Below are positions 51,084-62,800 of a DNA stretch of 64,000 nt, in pieces (position 1 is the first letter of the stretch; every line of letters begins with the position of its first letter). The translations under genes were made by a program, and so were the position numbers. Below the pieces are notes generated by a model. That model saw only the letters and a program-made list of their open reading frames with translations. It was not told where the DNA came from and searched no databases. Source of the DNA: Geosiphon pyriformis uo1 (taxonomy: Eukaryota; Fungi; Glomeromycota). Location: assembly GCA_016748015.1 (NCBI GenBank), contig JAAOMT010000470.1, positions 253,964 through 317,963 on the forward strand. Reading direction: 5' to 3'.

Positions 51084-53473
51084 ATGGCAAACATTCAATC
51101 TAAAGTCGCCTCATTAGAGAACGGGTTTCCAAGCTTATAGCTGAGAATACTGAAATTAGAAAGAAGTATTCTGAGATCGAAGCTAAGGCAGGCTATAGAA
51201 GAAAATACAAAGCGCGATGCTAGAGTTGAGGAACTAGAGCAAAAGAATATAGAGCTTGAGAACAGACTCGCTATATTAGAACAGGGAAAAAAAGAAAAAA
51301 GTATTTCTACGGAAGATATTTCGCAGATGTGATGAGTCAGAGACTCGTGGCTATGCCACTGATACCCCGATATCTGATATAACTGATAACACTTTAAATT
51401 CTAACGATACTCATGAACAGATAGTCTCACATAATGAGGAGTCTAACATATCTAGCTACGAAGTGACCGCCTCCGGCAATTCTGATATATACCAGGAATC
51501 GGTGACCCCCACACCTATTCCCGCGGAAACCATATCAATGGAAGAGAAAGAAGAAAATGAATTTCTGAAACGAGTACATAAAGAACAGATTAGTAATGAA
51601 ATAAGAGAAAGAAATCGGGAAAAAAAGCATAGATCCAAAGATTTGTCTTCGGATAATAATTCATCAGAACAGTCTAATTTATGTGATATAAAAACTGTTA
51701 CACTGGAAACGAATCCAAAGGACTCGACTGAGGTAAGTGAGGAAGAAACAAAGTCTCGGGTCTACGACTCATCAAATCTGAACATGCTAGAAATATGCCC
51801 CGAGACCAAATCACCTACTAATCAGAAAATCCCCTATAATCAAAAAGTGGAGCGAGGTTTAAGATATGAATTATCTATTTGCATTAGATACGATATCAGT
51901 AATGCTAAAAGCGGAGTTAGTACCAAGGCACATAAAATATTTGATATTCAGATTCCCGAATTCTCTTTAGAAACAATTTTAACGGGATCTTGTAAAGTTA
52001 CAGCACAAAATATAGTTGATTTATTTAAGGTAGCAATGAAGGTTAGACAAAAGGAAAGTTTATGCTGGTATTGTTACTATAAAGCGTATGAGAATCGAAT
52101 CAAGGATATTAAGTCTGAATAATATTGATGACCAATCGGCAAGGACATGAGTATATAACGAAATCAAATTGTTTCTTCCCGATATTACTGTTGTAAACTT
52201 GCGTTAAATAACTTCCAGAGCTAAAAAAGTCTATGTGTTATACGAAGGAATAGGAATAGATAAAATTAGTCAAGTGACTTATAGCGCAAGTGCTATTTCA
52301 AATCCAAAATATTATACATGATTTTTCCAAGAAGTCAAATGATATGAATTGCCAGGAACAGAGTACTATTTCTTCCGAAACAAAAGTGATCGGCGTGACA
52401 AATTGTCACGCACATATGTCAGATCTATCTAACTCAAACGATTCATTGGCAGAGTTGACACGGTCAAAATTACCAGAAATCGAGGTAAGTGAGGAGGCCA
52501 AGAAAACTTTACCGGAAACTGAGGCAACCCATGACCATACTTATTTTCGTAATAAGATATTGTTGCGATATTCTGATCTATATAAAATATTTATTACTGA
52601 AAAATTTGATCATTATGGAATTATTGAGGGTTCTTTATGCCCAGTATGTAAACTAAATCATGATGAGAAAAGCGTAAAAGGTAGATACGAAGCTGGATCT
52701 TATTTTATTAAATGCGGAAAGCATGAAATCGAAATGACAGAATAAATCGTAAAGTCATCCAGGTATAGCCACTATGTGACTGCCTTCGGTAATTCTCCGG
52801 TTTCATTAATTAATTTTTTAATTGCTATTTCTGGATATGCAGAGTGTATAAGTGAGACAAAGACACAACACATACTTAATTTGAATTTGCGATTGTATAA
52901 AACAATAATATGGATAAAGCCTATTTCGGAGAAATGACACTTTGTGCCTTAACCCCTGAATATTTGGACTGGTATGCTAAATTGGTTGAAGTACCAAGTT
53001 CTTTGACTGATAAAATTCGTTTGATCTTATATAGAGCATATACGGAAGAGACTGGACTCGATCCCTGGATAAAGTCTGAAACTTCTGAATTCCCACAAAT
53101 CGAAAAGGATGCTGAGGAAAAGACTTTATTTGTACCGCGGGTAAATATTCAATCTACACCATCTAAACGACAATTCCCAATTTCTGTTCTACCTAAAGAC
53201 CCGGAAGAAAGGCAACAACACGTTATTAACATGGTATTAGAGCGATTTCCTTATCTAACTCTGAAACATAGCTTTAAAAATAATTACTTCGATTTTAATA
53301 GATTAGTACCCTGCCCTTTATGTAATAAAAATCATAAAAAAGAAATTATAAGAAATTATATAGAGGGTTTTTGGGGTAGTGGTGAATATTGTGGCGAAAA
53401 AATTTATCGTCTTTATTGCTATACAAATAAATATCAGAATTCAAATAGTAACAGTGAAAGCATAGACTACTGA
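51084..53473 (+). pseudogene. Frameshifted Glomeromycotina-type protein: coiled coil + helical YKAYENR..RAKKVY domain + two CPxC..H zinc-finger-like motifs
   Basis: ORF fragments 51463-52122, 52290-52745 and 52910-53473 join across indels or introns. CPVCKLNH and CPLCNKNH motifs. Confidence 0.6.
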
Positions 53474-54002
53474 TTTCGATATTCATTAGCATAATCAATT
53501 TTTTCAGATAATCGTTACGCATTATTTATCGGGCATATAATAGAGTACTAAGTCGTATAGTCACACCGGGAAATTAATCAAATGTTTGTAATACACCCGA
53601 AATAGATCCCACATCCCCGAAATAGATTCTACACTCATGCAACGATTATCCCAAATGTAGATCCACATACACGAAATAGATTTCACGTGTCAAAAATAGA
53701 TCATAATATATCCGAGCGATTTATACATAAATATCGCCACAAATAAATTCTTTAGAATCAACTCTAAACTACAATTCTCGCTACAACCCAATATGGATCT
53801 CTCCCATTCTCATCGTATACATCACTCGCAAAATATGACGATTATAACACTCTTGAAGAAATAGTTAGAGAATCCAATCTCACTAAAATTGAATCCAGTT
53901 ATTCTATAGTATAAGTTATTAAAATCTAATAGGTCTAAATCCCTAGATTCGATATAAATCACATAATCTCTAAAAACACTATAATTTATTTAATCGTTAA
54001 AT

Positions 54003-54652
54003 ATGGTCTATACTGATAATTGTCCCGTTTTAAGTCAAATCGAATGGTATGTTAATTGTCAATTTCCAGTAATTCGTAAGGTGAAACTCCATCTGATTGG
54101 ATGAAACGGATTTGGAATCAGTTGATGAACTATAAAAACAATAATAGTTTAATTGATTATAATAAGCGATATCTTGTTGCGAGAAAGTTGAAGTATTTAT
54201 ATGAAGGTGATCTTGGTCATGCCGAAGGTGTAAGTATAGCAATCTGTTATTCTTGCAATAAGCTTGTTTATTCTAAAATAGGAAGTGGTTATGAGTGTGA
54301 ATTTCGTCATTTTATGAATGAGCATTGGACCACAAATTGTACAGGAAACGATTATTGCGATATTAGTTATAAAGACTATATGGAGCTTAAAAATAAACCG
54401 GAAGCTGAACTTACTAACTCTTTCTATGAAAAAGAAGCGATTCATCGATATGAATTGTGGATGCAGAATGCCATTAGAAGAGTTAAACGTGCTAGAGAAA
54501 TCGGTAGAAAAATCAGAGCATGTATTACTATACAAAGAAAAATTGTAGAGTGGATTTATCGCCCTGATGGATTAACAGCAACCGAGCTCGCCTTACATTA
54601 TGCATGTCTACAAAACATTAGCGCGGAAATGCGTCAAGTTAACAATGTATAA
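54003..54652 (+). CDS. Hypothetical protein with CxxC/H-x-C and a C-terminal IQ-like ITIQR..EWIYRPDG motif (one frameshift near 54080)
   Basis: 183-aa ORF 54101-54652 plus an upstream MVYTDNCPV...FPVIRK segment in another frame. Confidence 0.6.
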
Positions 54653-55077
54653 TACACATACCCATTTATTCGATTAATATATCTATTTATTAATGTATAA
54701 CTTATTCATATATATATATATCTAAAATAAAATCACCTAAAGTATTCCTGAGGGCTAGTATTTTAGACTTTATTTCGTTATCCCTGAGGACTGGTAACAT
54801 TTTTTACTTTGATTTTTTCATATCAACCTGTTTTACACGGCACAAAAAGCCCCCTTGGTACAAATAAACTACAGAATTTATTTATTTTTTCAACATATAC
54901 TTCAACTTCAAACAGGCTGGATACTGATAGCTATTTCATTTGAGAATAGTAGCGAATAAGATACTGAAAATAGTAGCGAATAAGACTCTGAAAATATCCC
55001 CCCCCCCCAATTCCAAATCGACTGGCTACGATCATCTTTATCAAAAAGCGGTGGGTGGGATGTATTATATTAATGCG

Positions 55078-55869
55078 TCAATAAATAATGAAAAAATAAA
55101 CAATTATTGCTATTATCAAACCTTGGTGCGTCCCATCCTTGCGAAGATAAAAAGCATCTTCTTTTGCTCTAGTTAAATCAATCACGATAAACTCTCGACC
55201 TTGTAAATTTTTATCAAGTATATCGACAACATCGCGCCATTTTTTTGTATATCGTCGGGCAATGTTAACTAGTTCATCATATGTGCCTGCGCAATTAAAT
55301 AAACAAATGTAATCCAAATTTTTTCTTATTTTTCCAGGACAGTCGAAGAAAGATTGTGTGACATATATCGAGCTAATATTAGAGTGGCGCCCTTCGGTAA
55401 AATAGGGAATAATTCTATCTTGTATTTTTTTGGGCTCATTGCATACATCTTCGAATATAGCAACTGTTCCTCTTTCAGGAGAGAATTCTTCTATTTTTGG
55501 TATTTTGTCAGGTTTAAAATGCTCGGAATGTAATATCTTCACATATGGCTTTGGACTATTTGAAATTATTCGGTAACAATCACGCAAATGTCTATATTTC
55601 GGCTCCTTAAGGTGGTGGCCGAACAAAACCAAATCATCATTCTTAATATATCTTGTTCCACCCTTTTTTCCACTAAACATTCGAAACATTTTATCCCCAA
55701 GTAAAAGACTAATAATCATATTAGTTTTCCCTGATCTAGTTCGCCCTGAGACTAATAAGTTGAAAGGCCACTGTGGACATGAGTTAATGCCATTAAAACG
55801 TTCTGGATTTGTATACTCATCGATATTGAGTACAAAGATCTCACATGGGTCAAGTTTATTATGTGTCAT
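55078..55869 (-). CDS. A32/FtsK-HerA-type DNA packaging ATPase (Polinton/adintovirus/NCLDV-like)
   Basis: [15 protein letters not shown] (Walker A), AIFED (Walker B), [13 protein letters not shown] (A32 arginine-finger and TQ motifs), IRKNLDY. Intronless. Confidence 0.9.
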   Translation of the reverse strand: MTHNKLDPCEIFVLNIDEYTNPERFNGINSCPQWPFNLLVSGRTRSGKTNMIISLLLGDKMFRMFSGKKGGTRYIKNDDLVLFGHHLKEPKYRHLRDCYRIISNSPKPYVKILHSEHFKPDKIPKIEEFSPERGTVAIFEDVCNEPKKIQDRIIPYFTEGRHSNISSIYVTQSFFDCPGKIRKNLDYICLFNCAGTYDELVNIARRYTKKWRDVVDILDKNLQGREFIVIDLTRAKEDAFYLRKDGTHQGLIIAIIVYFFIIY

Positions 55870-55884
55870 ATTTATCTTATGAGT

Positions 55885-57423
55885 TTATTTCTTATGCGAT
55901 AAATAACCTCTCTCTTGTAATTTGCTTTTTATGTACGGAAATAAATCACAATCGAATGGCACCTCAATGAGATCTATGCCTTGTCTTTTACATATATCCC
56001 GCTTTTTTTGGTCGCGTCTCTTCTGTGATTCTAGATCATCTGGATTTTTGTGGTATAAACTATTCTGATTATAGTGCCGGACGCCTTGATGCTCCCATGC
56101 CAATTTTAACTCTTCGTTATACCCATCGAGTCTCAGTCCATCCAAGAACTTTGGTGCACATGGCGGAAACTTCTTACCCAACAAATCCTCAAAAATATAT
56201 CGAGTGGATCTCTCACCTTTATTATGTTGAATAGGGGGCACCACTCAAATTTCTGCACCAAAACCTTATAAGGCGCTTCCCACTGATGAAGTCCATTTTC
56301 GCATGACCAGAGATATACATCAAAGCCACTTATTTGACCAGTTTTCATAATACAATCCCCACCTCGCTTCTTCGCATATTGCTGTGCCTTGTCAAATTCG
56401 TTATTAGAAATACGAATAAAGTGAACTAATCCAGTGCATTGTTTTTCTGATAAAATACTCCGGGGAGGTAGTTCAGGTTCACGATCTAAATACATCAATT
56501 CTTCACGTACAAATCCTCGCTTTGGAGCATATTCATCGTCATCACTCCCGAGATAATATAAAACTGGTTCATTTTTTGATACTACGATTTTACGGATTTT
56601 ATGTGTAGAAGGCGAAAATACCGGATCCGTAGCCCTTTTTCGATTCTCCAGACCACCTTCCCATTCTGCATTAGCGAGAAGATAGCCAACCATATCACCT
56701 TTCTTTAATTTTTCCTCATCCTTTCCAATAGCTCGCTTTCGTGATATCGATGGTTTAGATTCGACCTTTTCCAACTTGATTGCTTTTATTGGTGCTAACC
56801 CCCACTTCGAGGACCCAGGAGCTCTAATAAGACGTAGGATAATTAGTCAGATAATCTATTACTTTGGGTAAATATTTAACCCATGCTCTTATTAATTTAG
56901 GGTCTGAGGATATACTTTCAACGCTATATTGGATTTTATATAGCATTTCTGCTAGAGTTTTATTAAATCTCTCCACAATTGCTGTACCACGATGGGAATA
57001 TGGACCAATAACTCGGATTATAACATTATGTGCTTCCATTAATCGAGCGGTTTCGGCCATCCACTCCCGGCCATTATCTGTTTGTAGTAATCGAGGATAA
57101 GTAAGAGGATTTTTGGGATCATTATAAATTTTCCTGAACGCTTTGGTAACTTCTGAACTTTTCTTTGATGTAAGAGGAACACTCGCCTTGAACCTGCTAG
57201 CCACGTCTATTATATTAAGTACTGCTATCCATTTTTAGATCATGTGTGAGAAATAGTATATCAGCGATATGAACACAATTTGGACTTGAGATCCGTCCAT
57301 AGCTGGCTCTGCTGATATGCTTTGGAGGAGGTTTATAAATTTGATACTACTGTTGACGCTCTAACCACTCACGAATTTTTTTATATGAGAAATTGTATCC
57401 CTCATCCTTGATAGCTTTATATA
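55885..57423 (-). pseudogene. Polinton/adintovirus-type rve integrase fused to a Zn-ribbon and a PD-(D/E)XK endonuclease (frameshifted, 5' truncated)
   Basis: REWLERQ..YQIYKPPPK...PNCVHIADIL, IIDVASRFK, LQTDNGRE, VERFNKTL, then KRATDPVFS, WSCENGLHQW...WCPL, and [22 protein letters not shown]. Confidence 0.85.
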
Positions 57424-58622
57424 CAGTCCGGTAAGAAAAAATATGAATCTACTAAAATTGCGTTTGGTTTAACCATTTTTGGTAAGTTTTGTGACGGTAA
57501 AAATGGAAACAGAATATTAGGTAAGTGGCTGAGCTCTAAAAACATTTTCTCGCGTATTAACTAATAGTTTTTTTTAAAACTTGTCTTTGAAATGCCGACT
57601 TCAAAGCAAAAAATGCAATGGCAAGTCGTATTACATTTTTGAAAGCAAGAAATATGAAAGGTGAAAGAAATACAGAATAAAACAAATATACCCCTTTCTA
57701 CAATCTATAATATCCTCGAAAAACTCAAGAAAAAAGCATGCGAGTGGTAATGGTCGGCCAAGAAAAATTATGGGAAATTCTTTAAAAGTATTAGGGGAGA
57801 TTATTCGTAGAGATTCCTCAGTTTCGTCTAGATATTTAGCAATAAAGTTGGCTAAGAAGAAAATAAATGTTTTTTATGTTACTATTCAAAACTATTTATC
57901 CAACCTTAATTATAAAAAAGTCTTCTTAAAGCAACTTCAATACTGACCAAAGAGCATAGGTAAAAATGTGTAGAATGGGCCAAAAAACACTTGAACGACG
58001 ATTGAAAAAGAACAGTTTTTACTGGCGAAACATTTTTTCACCTTTTTTAAAACACTGAAAATGGTAGCATAAAAATACTTGATTAATTTGTCATATGCCT
58101 AAAGATCGAACAAAAATTCTCGCATAGAAGGGTTTCTACAAAAAAAAAAAAACTAGTTTATTTTGTTTGGTTCAAATAATGAATGCTCAATTTTATATAA
58201 ATATTCTTCATAACCACTTACCTGAAATTAGAGCAATGCTGGAGGATAATTAGTGATTCTAATAAGATAATGACCCTAAGCATACTAACAAGTTTGCCAA
58301 AGAGTTTATTGCTGAGAAAACAACTGATTTGTTAGGGTGGCCATCTAATAGTCCCGACTTAAACCCAATAGAAAACTTTTGGGCTATTGTTAAAAAGAAT
58401 GTAGAAAAAAAAAGCCTCAAAATTGTTAATTAAATTAGTAGAATTAATAAAACAGTATTGTGAAATGATAATTGAAACAAATAGTAAAAATTTTCTTATT
58501 AATTTTTTTAATAAAATTATATAGTATTTGACTTTCTAATAAAAGTTGTTTTATATAATTTGGTATATTAGTTAAGACATAGTAATTATTTTTACATTTC
58601 CAATTTTTTTCTTATCAGACTG
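57424..58622 (+). mobile_element. Tc1/mariner DNA transposon, degenerate
   Basis: TA on both flanks. TIRs CAGTCCGGTAAGAAAAAA / CAGTCTGATAAGAAAAAA. GRPRK, DNDPKH and WPSNSPDLNPIENFW motifs. Confidence 0.93.
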
Positions 58623-59108
58623 TATATTTAACAAATTATTTAAACTTATTAAAACAAAAACAGCTTAATAATTAATATTAAAGTATTTCTTAATATTTAA
58701 AACAATATAATTAACTATTATATTAATAAAATTTGCAAAAATAAATACATAATTAATTGTTTTTTTACACTTTTTAAATTTTTCTACATTATAACTATAA
58801 ACAATAAACTTTTTATTAAAGAATTAATTAAACCCAAATTCAAATATTTCTTAAAACCAGCACATTTTTAAAATTTATTTTTATTAAAAATTGCTATCTA
58901 AGACTATTATTACAGTTAGATTAAAAAGTTAATAGATAGTAAAAGAAAACAGTATTGTATAACAATACAAATAATTAAAAAAAATAATTTAATTTTAATA
59001 AGCAAATTGAATTAATAAAGATTTAATGTATAAAATTAGTCTTATAAATATTTCAATTATTATTCTTTTCAAAGATAAAAAAAATTTGAAAGTAGAAAGA
59101 TAATTTAT

Positions 59109-59590
59109 ATTTTTTTTTATTAACCAGTTTAACGAGTGCAGCTTAATCACTACTTAGTATACAGAGTCAAAACTATAGACCCCAGCTAGATATGATTCAC
59201 ATATTTACTATATATAACTAGTTATTTAGATTAATCTAGGTGATACTACACACTTATATGAACAGATATCATATTAACTGAACTGGAAAAAAACAACCAA
59301 GGCTTACAAAAACCAAAACTCACTTTAAAAGAATCATCAATACCAATTAACCTAACTGTGTTATCTGACAATCTTGCATTAAGCTGCAATGTATTACCAA
59401 TAATACCTCCAAATCACCAACCAAGTTGTCTCTCTCCATATTAAATCTAAATCTGGACCTAAATCCCTACAACTCAGAATGGTAATGCACACTTATGTTT
59501 TACACAAAATCAACCAGGATCTGGGCAGTCTCTTTGTGATTCTTAAATATCCACATAGTTTTTTCAAACCACTCTATAGGCAAGTTTATA
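59109..59590 (-). mobile_element. LINE 3' fragment with poly(A)
   Basis: Poly-T at 59109-59118 followed by sequence homologous to 37465-37950. Confidence 0.75.
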
Positions 59591-59874
59591 TTATTAATAA
59601 AAAATAACATATTAATATAATTCTATGTTTTATGTTAATATTTTTAAAATTCAATATTAAGTATTAGTTATATTTTTCAGTAAATATTTTCAATATATTT
59701 TACAAAAACTAACAATTATATAAATCAAAAAAAAAGAGGAAAAAAAATAGTAAAAAAGAAATAAAAAAATTAATATTATTGTATTAATTTAAAAAGTAAA
59801 AACTTTTTTCTCTTTTTTATCCAAAATTTTTTAAAAAGAGTCTAAAGTTTTTTCTGAAAGAAGTTTTTACAATT

Positions 59875-62800
59875 CAGTATAATAAATCTAAACCCTTTAT
59901 TCTTGACTACAAGGCCAGTGTTGGCTGTAGTATTACTGTTATAAAGAAGACTGTTAAAGTTTCTGGTTCTAGTGATGGCTTTAGACCTATTCTTCTGAAG
60001 AAAAAGAGGAGATGTGGTGTTTAAAAGATGGTTCTGGTAGTAAGAATATTGGTTCTAAGATTCAGACTAGTCGCTCATGAGGTTCTGAGACTGGTGACAC
60101 CACTAAATCTGATAGTATTGATATGGAGGAGAAATGTCTGGTAGAAAAGACCAGTTTTAATTATAGTGAAAGTGGTATTCTTGCTGGAGGAAATCTTAAT
60201 CAAACACCTACTGGTTCAAAAGTTAAAACCAAAAAAGCATTAGGCAAGCCATTGGGTAAAATTGATTTTTCATTAAGTGATATTGAAAATGATGTTCTTT
60301 TGAACACTCTATTAGAACTTCCTCCATTTTTAAAGAATCTGGTCAATATTTCTGTTTGCAAATTTTTCGTTTTGAATATTGGATTGGACAAAGTGATTGG
60401 GAAATTTTCTCAAGAAAAACTTTAAGTGGTCAGAAAGTTGTTTTTAAAAATCAATGGTTTTGGGAGGGTCTCTACTTCCTCAAAGTTTGCTGGAATCATC
60501 AAAGCAATGTTCACTTCCGAATTAAGTTTGGTGCAGGCTTCTAAAAAAGCTGAAAAAACAAAAATCTTAATTAATATTAATCTCAAAAAATCTACTGAGC
60601 ATTCAAATTAGGCTGTGGTGTTGAAAAAAATTTCAGTTGGAACATCAGTTGAGACTGTGCATGCTGTACTATCTGAATTTGAGTCAATCAAGTCGATCAA
60701 GATACAATTGGTAAGGCTGTGGCAGAAAGCAGTAGTTGAGTTTGATCAGATAAATTATGCTGATTTGGTTGCAGCAAAATGGTCTATCTTAATCGGAAAA
60801 GATGTGGTACATGTTGCTAAGTCTAATATGGACAAAGAATCATAGAATGCAAGAAACAATCATAGAGCACTATACTTTTTCTGTAGGAACAAATGCTTAT
60901 AATATTTGAGATTTTATTGGTTCTGTGGATGAGAAAACATGTATAATCAACCAACATCCTATCACATATGCCTGGGTCAAATGTGTCATTGTTTGTTTTG
61001 ATTCAGCTAAATCTTTGAATGCTGTTGTGGAAACCACATCTGTGTTGAGAAGAGCCAATTTGTGGTGGTCTTGTCTAGGTTTTTTTAAGTGTGCCAAGTG
61101 TAAAAAAATAGGACATACATTATTGGACTGTTCTGTGAGTAGAAGTTTGTATTCTGGCAAGTCTTCACATATGTCACTTTCAAACATAGATAAAAGCAGA
61201 TTGGCTGCCATCTATTCTAAATGTTCAGTTCCTATTGCTCATCCTGTTGCTTTTGGTGGGATTTCATGAGCAAAGATAGCTGGTAGATCTTTGTTTCTTT
61301 CTTTTTCTGTGAAAAATGGTTCAATCAATCCTGGCTCCTCTTCAAAGATAAAGCCTATCCTTCCTGTTACATTTAACATTAAAAAAAGGTTTGCTGTTTT
61401 GGAAAGCAGTCTTACCAGCCTCATAGAACAAATTAATGAATTGGCTAAAAAATTGGATTTACTCGTGCTGACAGTTTCTCAGCCTAGCCCTGGATATCAG
61501 CTGTCAATAACCTCCCTATTACAGAATCAGGTGAGCAATATAGTAATAGGAAAAGGTTCGGGTGAGACCACTAATGGTAAGACTGCTGTGCTTTTGAACT
61601 CATTTTTCTCCTCTAATATGGTCAAATTTAAGAATATGTTGAAGAGTTTTTTTATTTTAGTTTTGAGTTTGTTAGCTTATCTTGACAGTTTGATTCTGGC
61701 TGGTAGTGTGCATCCCTGACCTTTTTCTCAATGAGTAAGTTAGCCTGAAAGTTTGCAACATGTAATGTCAGAGGCATAAGCAATTCTGCAAAGCAGAAGA
61801 ATATTGTGTATTGGCATGTGAAATCTGAGAATATGGTCTCAATTGTTACTGAAACAAAGTTAAAGTCTGGTTGTAGACCTTAGATTATGAACAGATTTGA
61901 TGATGTTAGAATTTTTTCATCTGGTTTGGACAAAGAGTTTCTTGGTGCTGGGATGGCCATTATCATGAACAATTTTTTGGTTTATTATGTTTCTAAAGTT
62001 AAGGAGATCCTTGGTTGGGTTATTTCGGTGTGTTTACTCTTCAAAGATAAACTCTCAGTTATAGTTTTGGGTTTGTATGCTGATGCATCCTCTGGAACTA
62101 GGTTTGGTCAGGCTATGGAAGTCAATTTTTTTATCACAAGGACTCTGAACTCCAGTATTTTTGTGGTCTTGGGTGGTAACTTCAATAAAAATAATTCCAA
62201 AAAAAGCTGCAATTTTTAGGTTTTGTTTGGATCTGGATTTGGCCAATTCATTTAGTGCACACCTATTGATCAAAGCTTCTATATGGAGCAATTCAAGAGA
62301 TGCCAAAAAAACAATTGATTACATTTTTGTTAATGATAGTTTGTTTTTAGCAGTCACTGGTCAAATTGTTGCTTCTGTCTCTGATTATTTTGACACTAAC
62401 CACAAGGCTGTTGTGATGTTGGTTGGTTTGGGTGGGCTTTTGGATGTTCAGTTAAATGGTTTGCGCAAGCAAGCTAATAAAGATTGATGAAAGTTCAAGA
62501 TTGCAGATGCAGATGGTTCCAAATGGACATGTTTTAAGAAGTGTTCTTCAGTTAAGTTTTTTTCTGTGAGTAATGAGTTTTTGGTCACTGGTGCTGATAG
62601 GGATTTTGATTCTATGTGGTCTTTGTTGGTGAGAGTATTGGTCAATACAGCTAATGAGACATTCTCTAAACATTGGTTTCATGAGATCAAATGTTTTTCC
62701 AACAAACATTCTTCTAAATTTTTTAAACTGGAACTGCTGGTTGCTAAATTAGTGAAGTCTCTTTAGTCTGGTGATGCTTCTAAAACTGGTTTCTTTCTCA

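Noticed and set aside
54197-57100. Antisense or alternate-frame ORFs (54197-54535, 54318-54548, 54940-55176, 56025-56234, 56864-57100)
   Set aside because: They are shadows of better-supported ORFs and have no motifs.
48488-57423. Complete Polinton with TIRs, pPolB and capsid genes
   Set aside because: No terminal inverted repeats, polymerase or recognisable capsid ORF are visible. Whether the intron-containing genes belong to the element is unresolved.
48488-57423. Bacterial or endosymbiont contamination
   Set aside because: Spliceosomal GT-AG introns and fungal-type gene families are present, and the island joins host TEs without gaps at both ends.
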